Source: Basidiobolus meristosporus CBS 931.73
Taxonomy: Eukaryota > Fungi > Basidiobolomycota
Direction of reading: 5' to 3'
Length of the DNA: 64,000 bases
Assembly (NCBI GenBank): GCA_002104905.1
Contig: MCFE01000063.1
Location: 128,078-192,077 of the forward strand
The position numbers were made by a program, and so were the translations under genes. This document shows positions 1-13,467 of the stretch, in pieces; the first letter of the stretch is position 1; the number at the start of each line of letters is the position of its first letter. Below the pieces are notes generated by a model, which was not told the DNA's origin, did not search any database, and saw only the letters and a list, made by a program, of their open reading frames with translations.

Positions 1-1046
1 ATGAAGTGTTCACTGCCATAGAAAGCCAACCCATCAAGATGCCAGGGTCATGTTCTTCCTCATGGATCCTATACTGTCAAGTAGCATCATTCTAGTCTTT
101 TGTAGGAAGGGATAAAGTCCGTTCGAACGACTGCAAAAGAGCGGAACCGGCCCTCTCTTGCGCGACCACACGCTGGCTCGTACGTACACTTTGAAGACCT
201 CAAGCTTCCTGTTGAGGCAATAATGTTGCTCCTATCTGAAGATTCTAGTGATAACCGCAAACGACGTCATGGACAGCCAATCGAGGATCTACGTGCTCTT
301 AGTATGTAGAACGAAACGAAGCTTTGTAAACGCTGATCTAATAAATAGAGGTTTAACTATTTGGGACTTGATGCAGTCTGGAGACACATTTGGTTGTATT
401 CACGCCATATCCATCAACTTGTCGACTCACAATCGCCGAATATCCCTGCAAACACCGCATATCGTGAGAAGTAGAAATACTAAGGACCACTTGATTGACT
501 GCCTGCGCATTTCCAAAAAAATACAGAACCTACCATCAATCTGAATTGCCTATTGGCGATGTCCAGATGCTTACGGATTAATATCAGCGCATGTCCCATT
601 CTAGATAAATGAAATCCTGGATTGCCGTGACGGTTGGTAGCTTGTTTCGCCTAAGATCTAATCCTTGATCATCGGCAACGCCACAATGCCCACAGCCAAT
701 TTCGAAATATTGCACCATTAAGGTACGAAAGCTCCCCAATCGTATTGCCAACCTAGGTACACTGGGGATGGTCAGATTCCGGAAGAAATCTTCTCACTCG
801 ACTTCCCTGCCCACCTATTTGGCAACCGGGACAATCATAACATCACAGGGCTTCTGGTCGAAATTTTAGGTTCATGGCCATATTGGGCTTTGCGATCATT
901 GCCCTTCTTTATTAGTCACAGCCTGGGTTGGCAATTCAGTCTGGCCCAACATGGAGAAACGGACTTCAACCTAGAAGGCAGATTGGGCAGCCTGATGCAA
1001 TATATAAACCTAGGGAGGCAACCAGCAGAGCCTTAAGACCCACACA

Positions 1047-2393
1047 ATGTCCATCGCAAACACCCATCACAACTTCATCTCCATCGACGAATGCTTTCAG
1101 AATAGTCACAAGTAACTGATTTCTTTAGATCTTGACTAAGGCCGATACTGATGTTTTCTTGATAGCGACTACCAGTTGATAGTCCGTCAGCAACCCAAAA
1201 GAGCTAAGCGTAGCAGTATCAAAGACAAAATTGGCGAGAAACCTATGGACCCTCCACCGATAGTTCAAGTCAAGATCACCAACGGAGATGTGGAGGATAA
1301 TGAGTAGGTACCATGAACCTAATTCAACCTGCTTTCCATCTCTGATGAATCCCGATTTCTTTGAAACCCCAGTCTACTTCAGCATCCTGGATTGTTTATG
1401 TTGGCTGAACTGGTTGGGCCCGCGGATGTTATGGAGGAGTCGATTCCTGACACAGCGATCAGTGGCACCTTGTGCTCCTCTCTTTACAAGCTCAAGGATA
1501 TCGATAATACCTATGGGGGATTCTTTATTTTCCCGGAGATTTCCGTGAGAGTCGAAGGGGATTTCCGACTGAAATTCAAACTCTACGACATCACATTGTA
1601 AGCAGCTTCTCTTTCCAAAATCTTGGCGAGCCCTTAACTAATAACTTCGAAAAGCGGTCAAGCAACTTTGATGAAATGCACCTACTCCGACGTCTTCACA
1701 GTCTACTCCTCCAAGAGGTTCCCCGGCATTGAGGAATCTACCTTTCTCTCGCGTTCATTCTCTGACCAAGGCGCTCGGATCAGGATTCGTCGAGGAAGCA
1801 AGATGCTGAACATATCGTAAGTACCCTTGACCTGTTGTACGGAGCGATCATTCTTTAACCATTCATTGATTAGCTCCACCCCTAAGCACTCCGACAACAA
1901 ACGCAAGTCTATTGATAGTCACCACTCTGAACCGCTATCTTCACCATTGCAAAAGCCTCGTCACCTCTGGCAACCGAATCATCCGAATAGCGGAACGCTG
2001 ACGTCCAATAGAGACATTTCCCCTCATCATACCACTATCAATGAGGCTGGACCAAAAATTGTCTCGGGTGATACTTCACTGACGGAATTAGATTCAGCTC
2101 TGAAAGCAGCCAATAGAAAAGATCACTTTGATGCTATACAGTCCTGTATTCAGTCCTATAGTCCCATGACGAATCCAGGGCTTCTGCAAAGGTTGAAGAC
2201 CACAACCAGCTCGCTCCAAACACTAGAGAGCTCTCTAAAGCGCGACAAATTTGGAGCCATCCCTGGAAAGAATGCTGATGGGCTCCTAAGCAAAAGCGAC
2301 TGCCAAGTCTTTAACACACTATTCGAGTCCTATTTACGTGAAAACCAAATCCCTGTATCAATGCCTCAAAACGTCTTCTCTTGGCAGGATTAG
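1047..2393 (+). CDS. Velvet-domain transcription regulator (VosA-like), about 5 exons
   Basis: Manual splicing from ATG 1047 gives [15 protein letters not shown]...[11 protein letters not shown], then [41 protein letters not shown], then [36 protein letters not shown]. These are all hallmark velvet motifs. Introns are GT-AG; the last exon is in ORF 1827..2393. Confidence 0.9.
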
Positions 2394-3688
2394 CCTTGCA
2401 TTAATTCATATCGTAACCACACTATTGTAATTATACATTTCTTGTATCATCTGCCTCTCGTCAGTATATCGTACCGCATACTCTTTGTATTTAATACTTC
2501 ATTCATTCACTTTCCATGATGTCCAAATGAAATTTTTGGTGAACTGTCCATTTTGGATCTAACAGCACAACTTCATTCTCTGCCACTCGACTCCCTGCCA
2601 ACTGATCTGAGGCCCTAGAACATTACGATTCGTGCCGAATAAGGTTCTAGAATTCAATACATATATGATCACTTTTATTTATGCGGGGTAGTTACCAAGG
2701 TCGGTTCAGTAGAACTGGGGTTCCAACTCGTACAGAATTTGATAACCACCTTCACCAAAGCCATCTAGCGGGAGTAAACCTAATATAGATTGGTCTTCCC
2801 CTTACCCACGCAACTGAGACTTTGCCCTAGGTGTCGAGGGTCGTATTGTATGAGATGTATTTCCATTTGACCGTCGAGGCTTGAGTCAAAGGAGGTCATG
2901 CCAGGTTTCGATATATGGGCAACATATTACCGGTCTCACTATTCTTCCCTCCAACGCCATACAATGTCTCGATGAGTCAAGAAAACAACTGGAGGGCGCA
3001 GCCTTCAATAGAAAATCTCTGGAAATAAGATAATGACACAAGATTAACTAAACTAGCCAGATACGTAACATCTAAAACAAGAAATCCTGGAGACCATATG
3101 GCCAAAAGAATTGGCATTCATGGGCCGCAGCGCCAGATGACTCCAGGGTTTACAGTTTGAATAGCCCGCCTAGGCTTTTTCCATCTCCAAGTCCGAATAC
3201 TTCAGTAAGGTAGGCTGTTTCAAGTAAGCGTGCACCAGATATTTTGGAGGCTAGACGGAGGAATATCCAAGTCTAGCCATCTTGTATCCAGCAGCATTGG
3301 GGTGAATATCGGCCCCGTAATCTGAAAGATATGCCTCGGAACAGCATCATTTGGCTAAGCTTACTACATGGGCCTCCACATGGTCTTTAGACAAGCTACT
3401 ACTTATGAAGAGTACCGTCCAACCTTGGGTCTAGATGTCTAGCGTACACATCTAATATTTCTGCTTTATGATGATGATGTGGCAGGCTTCTAGAAACTAG
3501 TACTCGAACTAGCAATAACCAACTCTGGTAATCACTTCGACGATGAAACTTGACTGTAATTCTAGAAAAACCTAGAACCATATGCATACCAAACACATAT
3601 ACTAAATAACTACAAGCAAGCCATAGTTTATTTGACAATACCAAAAGCTTGAAGACATCTAGGTGTAACATAAGGATAATCAAAGTGG

Positions 3689-4661
3689 TTACACCTCGCG
3701 GAAAGGATATTCAAGCTGACGATTAACCAGTCTCCATAGCTTTCTTCTCTTTTTGGTAACGACGTGCTCACCATTCACTTCAACACAGTTCTCACTCTTA
3801 AACTGACCCACGAAAACAGGATCCCTACATGCTTCTGGGTTAGCGTATGTAAATAAGCGAATAAAGGCTTGAGAATTACCAGAGCTCGGATGCAACACCA
3901 AGATCCTTACAACAGCGCAGTAGCGCGTTACTCTTGCAGCCCTCAGCCGCGGTGGCTAAGCCATTTGGATCGAAGTAATCCTGCTCACCTCTTGCTTGAG
4001 AAACAAACCGTCCGTGGCATATTAAAGCATATTCGCGAGAAATATTCTTTGATGTTACGCTATGTGGGCCACGTGGAGCCAAAGCCCAACCTATACGCAA
4101 ACAGAATGAGTTCGAGCTTCTCACCCTCGACGCAACAACCGGAATCAAAGCAAACCTCCAGGACCGAAAGCTCTGTTCATTATGCGACGATACTTGATTT
4201 CGGGCAAATACAAAAGGCCGTCTTGGGTAATTAACAGGTTAATAACAAGCCAAACATCAGAGCAAGAGGCGCAACTAAATTACCAGGCTTCACCTCAATG
4301 TCTTCTTTGTTGATTGGCTTCATCAAGATTTCCGCCACCTCTTTCTCAAAGGGTTGTGAGCCAACACCGTAAAAGGATTTTGTCCAATCACGTTTACGAT
4401 TGGGGTGATTAATGTCGTTGAAATCTCCCAAGACTGATTCACTACTGGAGAACTCATTATTTGTACTTTCGCTTCCTGGAGTATCTTTTCGCAACAACAA
4501 GGAAGATCCAAAATTCCGGCGAACAACTCCCTAGCCAAGGATAAATTGAATATGCTTTCTGGCTAACTTCAAAGGCAAAAGAAAAATACCGTAGCGGTAA
4601 ATGCGCGTGAAAATAGAGCAGTAGGAATAATACGACTACGTAATATTGACTGTTGATACAT
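3689..4661 (-). CDS. MGM101: Mitochondrial genome maintenance protein Mgm101 (Rad52-like)
   Basis: Motifs [14 protein letters not shown]...[48 protein letters not shown]. First exon [24 protein letters not shown] (ATG 4661) is Arg/Ser-rich like a mitochondrial presequence and splices in frame. Confidence 0.92.
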
Positions 4662-5922
4662 TTCGTTGGTAAGAAGGGAATTATTTTCTGTCCAGAGGTT
4701 TTATCAATTCTTTTTTTACCATCCCGCCGATGTCATCATCTTGGGATAAATCCATGCTTAACAAATCAACCAATGATCATAGCTTAACCCTTGCTTTGTC
4801 AAAGTCACATAGAATTAGGATTTGGCACCGGAATCCGACCGCAGCTCATCCAGCATGATAGGCTTCCAAAGGTTACATGGCCACATTTTAGAGTGGAAGT
4901 GCCAATCACACTATTACGACCGTAGCCTTGCGATTATTTATGAGCTTTTCCTTTTGCGAAATAGCACCTCCAGTAGCCAGTTTCATGAAGTTCCCTGCAT
5001 TGATGTAGATCAAACCCAGGGACCTAAGCATGCAAAGAGCAAGGAAAATGACGGGAAACCCCCTGGACACACTTCGTATCCTCCGCCAAATGCTCACCCT
5101 TTATTCATGTCTAGTAGAAGGCATTCGGGATCTTGTTTCGTCGTTATGCACCATAGCTTTGTGGTCTTGTAGCCTTCCTGATATCAATGAGCAAGTACTC
5201 CATCGGATTGGAGACTGCTATGGCAATATGCATCGCATTGCTTATGGGTAATGCGCTTCACTGCAGGCGTTTGCTCTATGCTCGAATTTAAGCACCTATT
5301 TGTCGGCCTGATTAGATTAGACCTGAGTTCTTATCGAAGTGACAATAAAAATAGATTTTTTCAAGTAAGCAAATAGCGGTGGAGTGCCCAAGTTTATTTT
5401 AAGATCTGATATAGAGCATCATTACAAGTTGAATAAATACCTAATTACTGACAATACCAAATATAGGTAAATCTAGTCATGTTCTTGCTACCAGATCAAA
5501 TTCTGTGACAAGCGAAGTATAGATTGGTTTCAGCTCAGTAAGCGGTGCATCTCTAAACTCGCCTATTTCGGGAAAATGACGAGAGTTTAAGGGAAAATAG
5601 AAATATTTGATACTATTCGTTTCTTGGGGCGTGCAGTTTAGACAGCCTCTAGGCAAAAAACATTGTGAAACAATCAGTGGGTACTAGGTACCTTTCATTG
5701 CCAATATCTCTCTTGATCTATCAATTTTCAAATAGATTATTCCTATCTCTTCATCCTTTGCACTCCACACGCTTACTCCTTGCACCTCTCTCTTCAGTCC
5801 CTAGTAGCTACATCTCGACATTTCGAATAGGCTTAATATCCCTGCTTCTCAGTCTCTCACGAATAACCTTTGGTTAGTAAAGCAAATACTGTTTATACCG
5901 GAATACATCAATAGTCCAAGTA

Positions 5923-7568
5923 ATGTGTTGCTGTTGTGGCGGTGACGCAAAATGGAAACGGGAGATTATTAATGACCATAAATTCGACTACGTTGATGTG
6001 GAGGAGTTTGTGGATAGGAGTTGCATGACAAGATTCAAATACTGTTTTGTATTCCTATTCACGCTGAAGTCTATACTGGTCTACGTCCTCGATATCTACA
6101 CGGCAGTAATGTTGGTGGTGTTCAAAACCTGGACTAGTAATATTCAAACCCCCGACAAGGATTCAATCCAGCACTTGCCGTACATTCGCTGGATTTTCGT
6201 TGCCTCCATCGCCGCCTCCTATATCCTATTATTCCTGGAAATGAAAAAAACTAGAGCGATCATTCTATCTAGAGATATTTCATTCACATTCACCTCCATC
6301 ATGGCCAATCGATTTTACACTCTAAGGTCGTATGCGCACTATTGCTTTTTTAAGCAAATCCACAATCAGAAACGATTCAAAGACGAATTGGCATTCTTCA
6401 TCTTTTTTTCTTTGAAAGGCAAGCCCCAATCACTTCGATGATGAGACTTCCGTTGTACTTATGTCAATCCCCCACCTAGGTTGGAAGAGACTGTTTTTTG
6501 CCGAGGCGCCACGTCAAGTAGTCAATGGATATATCTTGGTAATGGCTCTGCTGCGCGGCTTTGATAAGCTACAGCAGAGTAGCTTTAGTGAAAAGATGTC
6601 GATAGTCACGATGGGTGTGCCTTGCCTGCTTTTCATCATTTCTGCCATCCGGACCATGATTGCTGCATTTCTCTACATGTTCCTGGTCTGTGAGATCCAA
6701 GGCAACTTGAAAGAATACTGTTGTCACAAGATCGACAAAAGGTGTGTGTGCTACGATCACCATGATTCAGAAACGGATCCTCTAACTCCCACCCCGATGA
6801 TATAGAATTGCCGAGCTACTACGCAACAAAGCTCGCAAACGGGCCTACAAAGACCGGATAATGAATGGTGCTATTCACCCCACCAAACCAGAATTGGATG
6901 GATTTGAGGATGTTATCATGATGGAAACGGTTAAAAGACCCGTGATCTCTGCCGAGAATGCTATTACCGATGAGAAACGAGCAATGCCTACTCGCACCAT
7001 GTTACCAAACTATTCAGCACATCCAAATGGCAGGCTGAACAATGGTCAGCATCCTGCTGCCCAACCCACACTTCCCAAGATTGACCTTCCACCTGATGAG
7101 ACTAATCCTTACGGTCCACAAGGTACAGGTCAAGTGCATGGTAATCGCACCTCACGCTTTCTAGCATCTTCATTGGGTCGACACGAGTATATGGAATTCG
7201 GTAATCGCGCTAATTCGGAGTGTTCCGACGACAGTTATAGCCATTATTCCACCGAATCTAGGAGCCAACGTATCCGTAGCCCGAACCCAGGTACACACAA
7301 AGCTGGGCAGTCCGCTGTTAGAACTCAGCATTCTGCGAATCAATCTGTGCGCTCCGCCTCACCGACTCGAAGCGAGATATCTTATCGTAGCCGACCGGAG
7401 TATGCGCCGTCGGCTAATGGACGTAATTTAGGTGCTCTGCTTGACAATGACGACGAGGCACCTAACAGATATCAAGATAATCACCACACTCCTAATCATA
7501 GATCCAGAAGCAACAACATCAGGCATGTTGCTGTCAAGCCTGGCGGTTCTGGTGCTATCAATTTTTAG
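5923..7568 (+). CDS. KCH1: Fungal potassium transporter, Kch1/Kch2 (Prm6) family, 3 exons
   Basis: KWKRE...HKFDYVDVEEF, DIYTAV, SRDISFTFTS, FFSLKGWKRLFFAEAPRQVVN, YCCHKIDKRI; several TM segments and a long low-complexity C-terminal tail. Intron 1 is GC-AG (6419-6479). Confidence 0.85.
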
Positions 7569-8097
7569 CAAGATGCTTGGTCTGATCCTTCAGGTCACAG
7601 TTCAAATCACATGTATTTATTGATTATGGAAATTTTATTTGAGCAAATATACTACATGTTCATGATTAATCCTTCTGCCTCTAGTGTCTAAAATCGGAGT
7701 TCTCATCATTTCACAAGTCAATTAATAATTGGATTTACCCTGGCAACCATATTATAAACATGTGTACATTGTAGAAAATGACTTATTGTCTATTCGATAA
7801 TAAACAGCCACAATTAATACATTTGACGAACGGATAGTCCATTGGCGATTCTTATTGACTATGCAATCAAGCCATTGTGGCTGACACCATAGACAGAGCC
7901 AGATGCGTACATGGAGTAAAATATTCAATGGAACCAATGGGCCACCAGTGCATTGTTAGATTAATTGTATTCCGTAATGATTTGATGCTGGCTCAGTGCA
8001 GGTGCATGCGTTATATTGATATCAAGTAAATATCCAGATTAATGCTCTATCCAATCAGTTGAAATTTACAGTTTATGATCGTTGAAATCTAAATTCA

Positions 8098-9132
8098 TTA
8101 AACATCTCTTCCGAATAAGAGGAACCCACGGCTTCGAGACTCGGTCTCTTGAGGTTGACTGGGCGCGCTGTGGGTGCTCATGAAGCTTTCAATCCACGTC
8201 TTGCGTGCAGATACCCTTGCAAATCCCTATAATTTGTCAGCTCAAGTAAATAAAAGATAGACGTATTGAAACCTTACCGAAGGGATTCCAGGCTCGCAAT
8301 TTCGAGTAAAACTAGTTATGCCCACCAAAATAGGTGCATTTCTATCATTCATCTGGACTAAGGGACCCCCACTGTCGCCAAAGCAAATGTCTAAAGTAGA
8401 GCCATGTTATCATACGTGTCGCATTATGCAATAGGGCGCTTGACTATAGTTACTTTCATCTCCCTCATCAGTACCAGCGCATAGCTCAACACGCGGGTCA
8501 AAACCACCTAAATAAGATTCACATTTTCTAGCATGGAGTATCTGCAAATTGGCTTGCTGAAGAGTTTCTGCCGGTTGTTGTTCCTTCATTCTACCCCAGC
8601 CTAAAGCACGAACCCAGGTTCCAGATGCTGAGGCCCTTCCATCATCCAACACCACCTGGGAGTCGTAAGGGGATGGATTATTCAGCTTCAGAACGGCATC
8701 TTGTGGAGAATAAATGATTGTTAACATGTTGGCGGCTCACCTAACATCAGCCTAACATAGTTACTTACAGTCATTTACTAATTTATTTCGATCCCATTCT
8801 GGGTGAATGTTAATTGCTCGAACACCAGCTACAAAGCCATTTTCTTCGCGCGCGGAGCGAGTTCTGTTATGACGATGTAGCTGGACCATGACAACCTGGG
8901 GGGATGTTGCCATGTCCACGCAATGAGCAGCGGTTAGAATGGTTTCTCTATCCAACAAAGTGCCACCACAGAAGGTAGCCTGTGTTTGGGATGTTCGAGT
9001 ATAAATCATTGCCATCCAAGGGTAACTATAGGGCGGGTATACCTCCGACCCACCAAAAATCCCAGAGTTAGGACGCGTGAATGGGAAAGATTCACTACAT
9101 AAACCCATCATTAGAAGAGTGAGAATCCTCAT
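8098..9132 (-). CDS. Secreted S1 (trypsin/chymotrypsin-fold) serine protease 1, 4 exons
   Basis: Signal peptide MRILTLLMMGLC; mature N-terminus IFGG; CGGTLL, LTAAHC (His57), ND-YAVLKL (Asp102, spliced), NICFGDSGGPL (Ser195), final exon GFARVS...WI. Confidence 0.92.
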
Positions 9133-9853
9133 GTGTATGATTAAAATGAGGGTTGGTAGGTGAGCCTTTGGTGGGTGAGAAGTGAGTATTCTTTGGTTAG
9201 ACCGGCTTGGATTTATAGGGTTTCTAGAATGCTCGCTATAATGAACATTCAAGGAGTATCAGAATATATCTAGATATACGTACACTGGATCTCTTATTCC
9301 ACGCAGATAGGTTAAATCTTCCGACCGGCGCTTGTTCTCAACAGCATTCCCAACTCTAATCTAGGGTTTTGCATTGCGCAACAATTCTGAATAACATGTA
9401 ATCAATGCTATTTATCATCTAATAGTTGTGCACTGGCATGTGTATACATTAATATCTGGCTGATGATCTTGGATCGATAGGCCATTTGATTGTTGGCTTC
9501 TCATTTTGCCAGGTCACTTCAAGTGTTGGAATGATAGAGATAATCATAGTTGTCTGATTGTTTCAAGAAATAATCAACAATGAGTTTCAATACAAATGGT
9601 GCGATATTGTGCCAAAAGCCAGAAAATGACAGTTATATAGCAATAGTCAACCATCTTTTTAGCACTGACTTACGGTCTGACATCAGATCTGACGAGGAAC
9701 TATACTGTGCATGAATAAGATAGGGTTGTGTAGTGACCGCTTTATATATCATTGGAAAGTTGGTATGGATTATTGAGGCAGATCGGAAGTCACGAATAAA
9801 ATTAAATGTGTAGTGCGCAGCTGCCTGTAGTGCGATGCCCTTTGTGAAGTCCA

Positions 9854-10063
9854 TTAGTCAATTTGTCCTTTGAGGTAACAGTCGATTGCCACATAACTGC
9901 AAACCAGGAGGCCGATAACGAGCGCAATATTCATAGCTTTGCCATAATCGAAGTCTCGGGGAATCATTTGAGATGGCTCGTTGGGCTCTTCACATGGTAC
10001 ATTCTCGTAATCAACATCGACGATGGCAGACTTTTTGGCTTGGTTGTTCGTATGTGCGGTCAT
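9854..10063 (-). CDS. Small hypothetical single-pass membrane protein (about 69 aa)
   Basis: ATG-initiated MTAHTNNQAKK with an acidic middle and one hydrophobic helix (AMNIALVIGLLVCSYVAI). No family recognised. Confidence 0.3.
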   Translation of the reverse strand: MTAHTNNQAKKSAIVDVDYENVPCEEPNEPSQMIPRDFDYGKAMNIALVIGLLVCSYVAIDCYLKGQID

Positions 10064-11838
10064 AGTGGACAAGAGGTGGTGAATCCTTGATGGTATTACC
10101 AATATGCTCTTTTATATAGGCTTAACACTTGCTCATGACACCGAGTAACCAGTCTCTCCCACCTCAGATTTCTATGAACATTCTTCAATAAATTTAATTT
10201 AACTAATTTGGGCCGATTTCGAGAATGTTTGATTGACGACTAATGGCACGGCATGGTTGGTTTATTAAATAGCAAAGCCATTGAAATTCACAGCTATACC
10301 ATGGGATTTTGAGTGCTGAGATTTAGAGGCTGTATGGACAAGCAAATACCCGTCTATTTTCCTATTTGTGCGCACTAGATCCTTCTTTTGGCACCACCAT
10401 TTTACTTAGTACAAAAGAAACTACAGTGTCTGATCTAATTCGTAAGGCACTCCAGAGAGTGATGGCTTGGGAGGCACATGATCTGACTGCTTGAACAGCA
10501 ATGTATACATTGATTTCTCATTGAAGTCTCCAGAACTCGCCTGTATATGAAGAACATTCTCATCTTTGGCACATCCTGTACCTGACTTACCCACCACCGA
10601 TTACCATTGTCATGATGGTGGGAAGAGTATATGTGTTAGAAAAAGCACGCTACCATCCATACCAACACCCCTATATACTTGCTCTTGTGTAAGAGCAATC
10701 CATGAAACGCTTTAGAGCATGCATTACAGGGTAACCAGGAATTGCTCAATGTTGATCAAACTATAAAATCGGTTGCTGCTTGAATGCAACTAATCTACAC
10801 CAACATTGAAGCTTTTTTAAGCGAGAAAGATGACCGTATGGTACTTAAACAATATTCACTGTTTACGACAGGAAATATACAACCACTAATGGCATGGGTG
10901 CTTTGGTGCCAATGTGATCTAAACTAAACTGACTATCCCACGTATGACAAACTTGTTAATTAACTACTCATTATTTCGCTCATGTAATGACCAAGGGCGT
11001 GCCAAAGCTTTGGCTCTCATGGTAGATCCTGGCGGTATCATAAATACGTAAGCAATTGTCCCTCGTATACACATATTATTGGATCGCAATTATGTGAAAA
11101 TCCTTTCACCACTATGCTGTACACTGTAGAGTGCTATAGATTTTTCGTACACGCAGGAAGGATTTCTTTCTCATTTATTATGGATATTCAGTGAAGATTT
11201 GAGAGATTCTGATTCGTAAACACTGCCTCTGGTCAGGCGCCTTATTGATCGAAAAAAGCCGAGTTCTCCAAACTGATTGCCGCTCAAGTTTCGATTTAAA
11301 CCAATGGGGCGCTAGAAGTGGATTGCTGCAGTCAATATATACATATCGCACAATGTACTTTGCCAATATAGATTGTGGTATCACACTGTCCGGTAATATT
11401 CAATTTGGACTATGGTTAAACTGAGGGTAGTATATTTCCGACTCGACTAAGCTTATCAGCAAAAGTAGAGCATTGTTTCTCCATAAGGAAGGTGGGTTTC
11501 CATCATGAGTCAGTGTGTACTTTTAAAGGATCCAATTAGACGTTATGTGGGGCTCGGGCAGATTATGGGGAATGGCTGTTGACTAAGATAAGCAACTATG
11601 ATGATTATATGATCAGCTGTGATCCTGGGAGGAAAAAAATTGGAGATGGCAGAGAAAAGGAAATGCTGGGGAAGAGTGGACGGGTACAAAAGTGTACTAA
11701 ACGAGTAAAATTGCTGGTTTGTTCTTCGTTACCCAACCAAACCGTACATTCATTTGGTATGTTCAGTGTATTGTCGACTTTTGTTATTACATTATTAACC
11801 GCATCTTATTCTCTCCCTTCCGTACGAGAAGTCTGGAA

Positions 11839-12318
11839 ATGTTTGCCCGCCTGATCACTGTGAACGCTAAGAGAGCCCTTGCTCGCTCCGCCTCTACAAC
11901 TTCCACCCCAGCTTTGGCCAACATCCGTAGCTCTTGGAAAACCATGGCCCAAGAGGAGAAGGTCAATTTATACAACCACCTTTTGGAGGCTCAAAAAGGT
12001 GACTGGAAGGCTTTGAGTCTCGATCAGCAACGTGCTGCCTACTGGCTTTCTTTCGGCCCCCATGGTGTTCGTAAGGCACCCTTGGAAAAGGGTGATGGTA
12101 AGAAGGTATTCGGTGGAGTGGTGGCAGTTATTGGTATCTCTGCTGGTCTCTTTTACCTCATCCGCCTTGCTGGCCAACCCACTCCCCACACCTTCACCAA
12201 GGAGTGGCAAGAGGCTACCAACGAGAAGATGAAGGAGCAAAAGTCCAACCCTATCACTGGTATTTCTTCTGAGGACTACAATGGCAAGGGTTACCTTAGC
12301 TTCACCAAGGAGGAATAG
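11839..12318 (+). CDS. COX5: Cytochrome c oxidase subunit V (fungal Cox5, homolog of mammalian COX4), intronless
   Basis: Presequence MFARLITVNAKRALARS; QKGDWKALSLDQQRAAYWLSFGPHG; one TM helix; PHTFTKEWQEATNE...NPITGISS. Strong C/T-ending codon bias. Confidence 0.95.
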   Translation: MFARLITVNAKRALARSASTTSTPALANIRSSWKTMAQEEKVNLYNHLLEAQKGDWKALSLDQQRAAYWLSFGPHGVRKAPLEKGDGKKVFGGVVAVIGISAGLFYLIRLAGQPTPHTFTKEWQEATNEKMKEQKSNPITGISSEDYNGKGYLSFTKEE

Positions 12319-12520
12319 ATATCAATTCGAGTTTATTTGAACATTCCATTTTCTTGCATCTGCTATATATTTCCCACAACATTCATGAGCACTTCTATTA
12401 TTTAAGCATAGAATAGTTCCATTTCAAGTGAATTAAAATTTGAGAACAGCTTTAATACACCCGATGTATTCTTTAGAATTATAGTAATCTAATTTATTGT
12501 GGGCTTTACCTTCTTAATAT

Positions 12521-13467
12521 TCAGGGGTTATCTGAGTTTTCGTTGTCGGCTTGCTTCATGAACTGGGATATCCATGCCTCTTTGACATCGATTCTGGCAA
12601 AGACTGCAGGAATCGCTGGATTGCAACTTGCTCCGTAGCTGGTGGTTCCCACAAGGACTGGCCCATTCTTCGTCATGGTTATTAATGGGCCGCCCGAGTC
12701 ACCAAAACAAACATCTGTTTACAGTCCATGCAAGGTCAATATTATGGTATTTCTGATGAAAGCTGAGGCTACATACTCTTTCCACCACCTTTAGTACCAA
12801 CGCATATGGCCACATGTGGATCGAAAGTGGGTAATTGCTTGGAGTATTCTGACAAGCATTTCCCACCAGAGAAGACCTCCAGATCTACCTGCTGTAGGGT
12901 TTGCGTATGCCGTAGCTCTGAATTTAAACCCCACCCCATAGCACGTACAACCAAGCCTGGACGAAGTGTCTCTCCAGCATCAAGACTGATGCTTGCAGGC
13001 ACATGGGTAGGCCTGGCTAACTTCAATATGGCCACTACAAAACAATGATTGAGTACGATCTCAATTGACTTCTGAACTCCGAAGGATTCACTACCATCGT
13101 TAGTCAAAGTCCTCATATTCCAATCAGGGTGCAGATATATATCACTGACTCCCACCACATCCCCATCCTCTTCTTCAGCAGTTCGTGATAAATTGTGTCG
13201 TCTGATGTGAGCCAATATGGCCGATGGGAGAATGGGTTTGGCGAAACAGTGGGCAGCGGTAAGGATGGTGTCTTGGTCGATTAAAGTCCCACCACAAAGC
13301 CCCTGTGGTTCTCCGAACCCGGCGGATCGTATGTAAAGAAAGGTCATCCATGGGTATGAAAAAGGTGGGCTCACCTCGGTGCCCCCGAATATGTGTAATT
13401 GTGGTGACCGGTGCGGTGCTCCATTGATTTGCGATATACAAAAGATCAGAAAAGCTAACTTCAGCAT
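12521..13467 (-). CDS. Secreted S1 serine protease 2, 3 exons
   Basis: Signal peptide MLKLAFLIFCISQING; IFGG; LCGGTLI, LTAAHC, ND-VAILKL (spliced), NVCFGDSGGPL, GTTSYGASC, VFARI...WI; stop TGA at 12521-12523. Confidence 0.92.

Noticed and set aside
1-544. Possible partial spliced gene at the window start (either strand)
   Set aside because: Splice-like sites and coding-like stretches exist on both strands, but I could not build a consistent frame or recognise a family.
2700-3683. Decayed coding sequence, one frame weakly like a hAT dimerisation motif (EEYPSLAIL...SER), plus ORF 3399..3683
   Set aside because: Many stops, only a few matching residues and no TIRs; ORF 3399..3683 starts a few bases after the MGM101 stop and is probably 3' UTR. 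Needs tBLASTn/HMM to support.
4740-5260. Overlapping short ORFs upstream of MGM101
   Set aside because: No recognisable motifs and no coherent exon chain.
10300-11450. Stop-interrupted protein-like frames between the small TM ORF and COX5
   Set aside because: May be an old pseudogene or TE relic, but nothing is identifiable.
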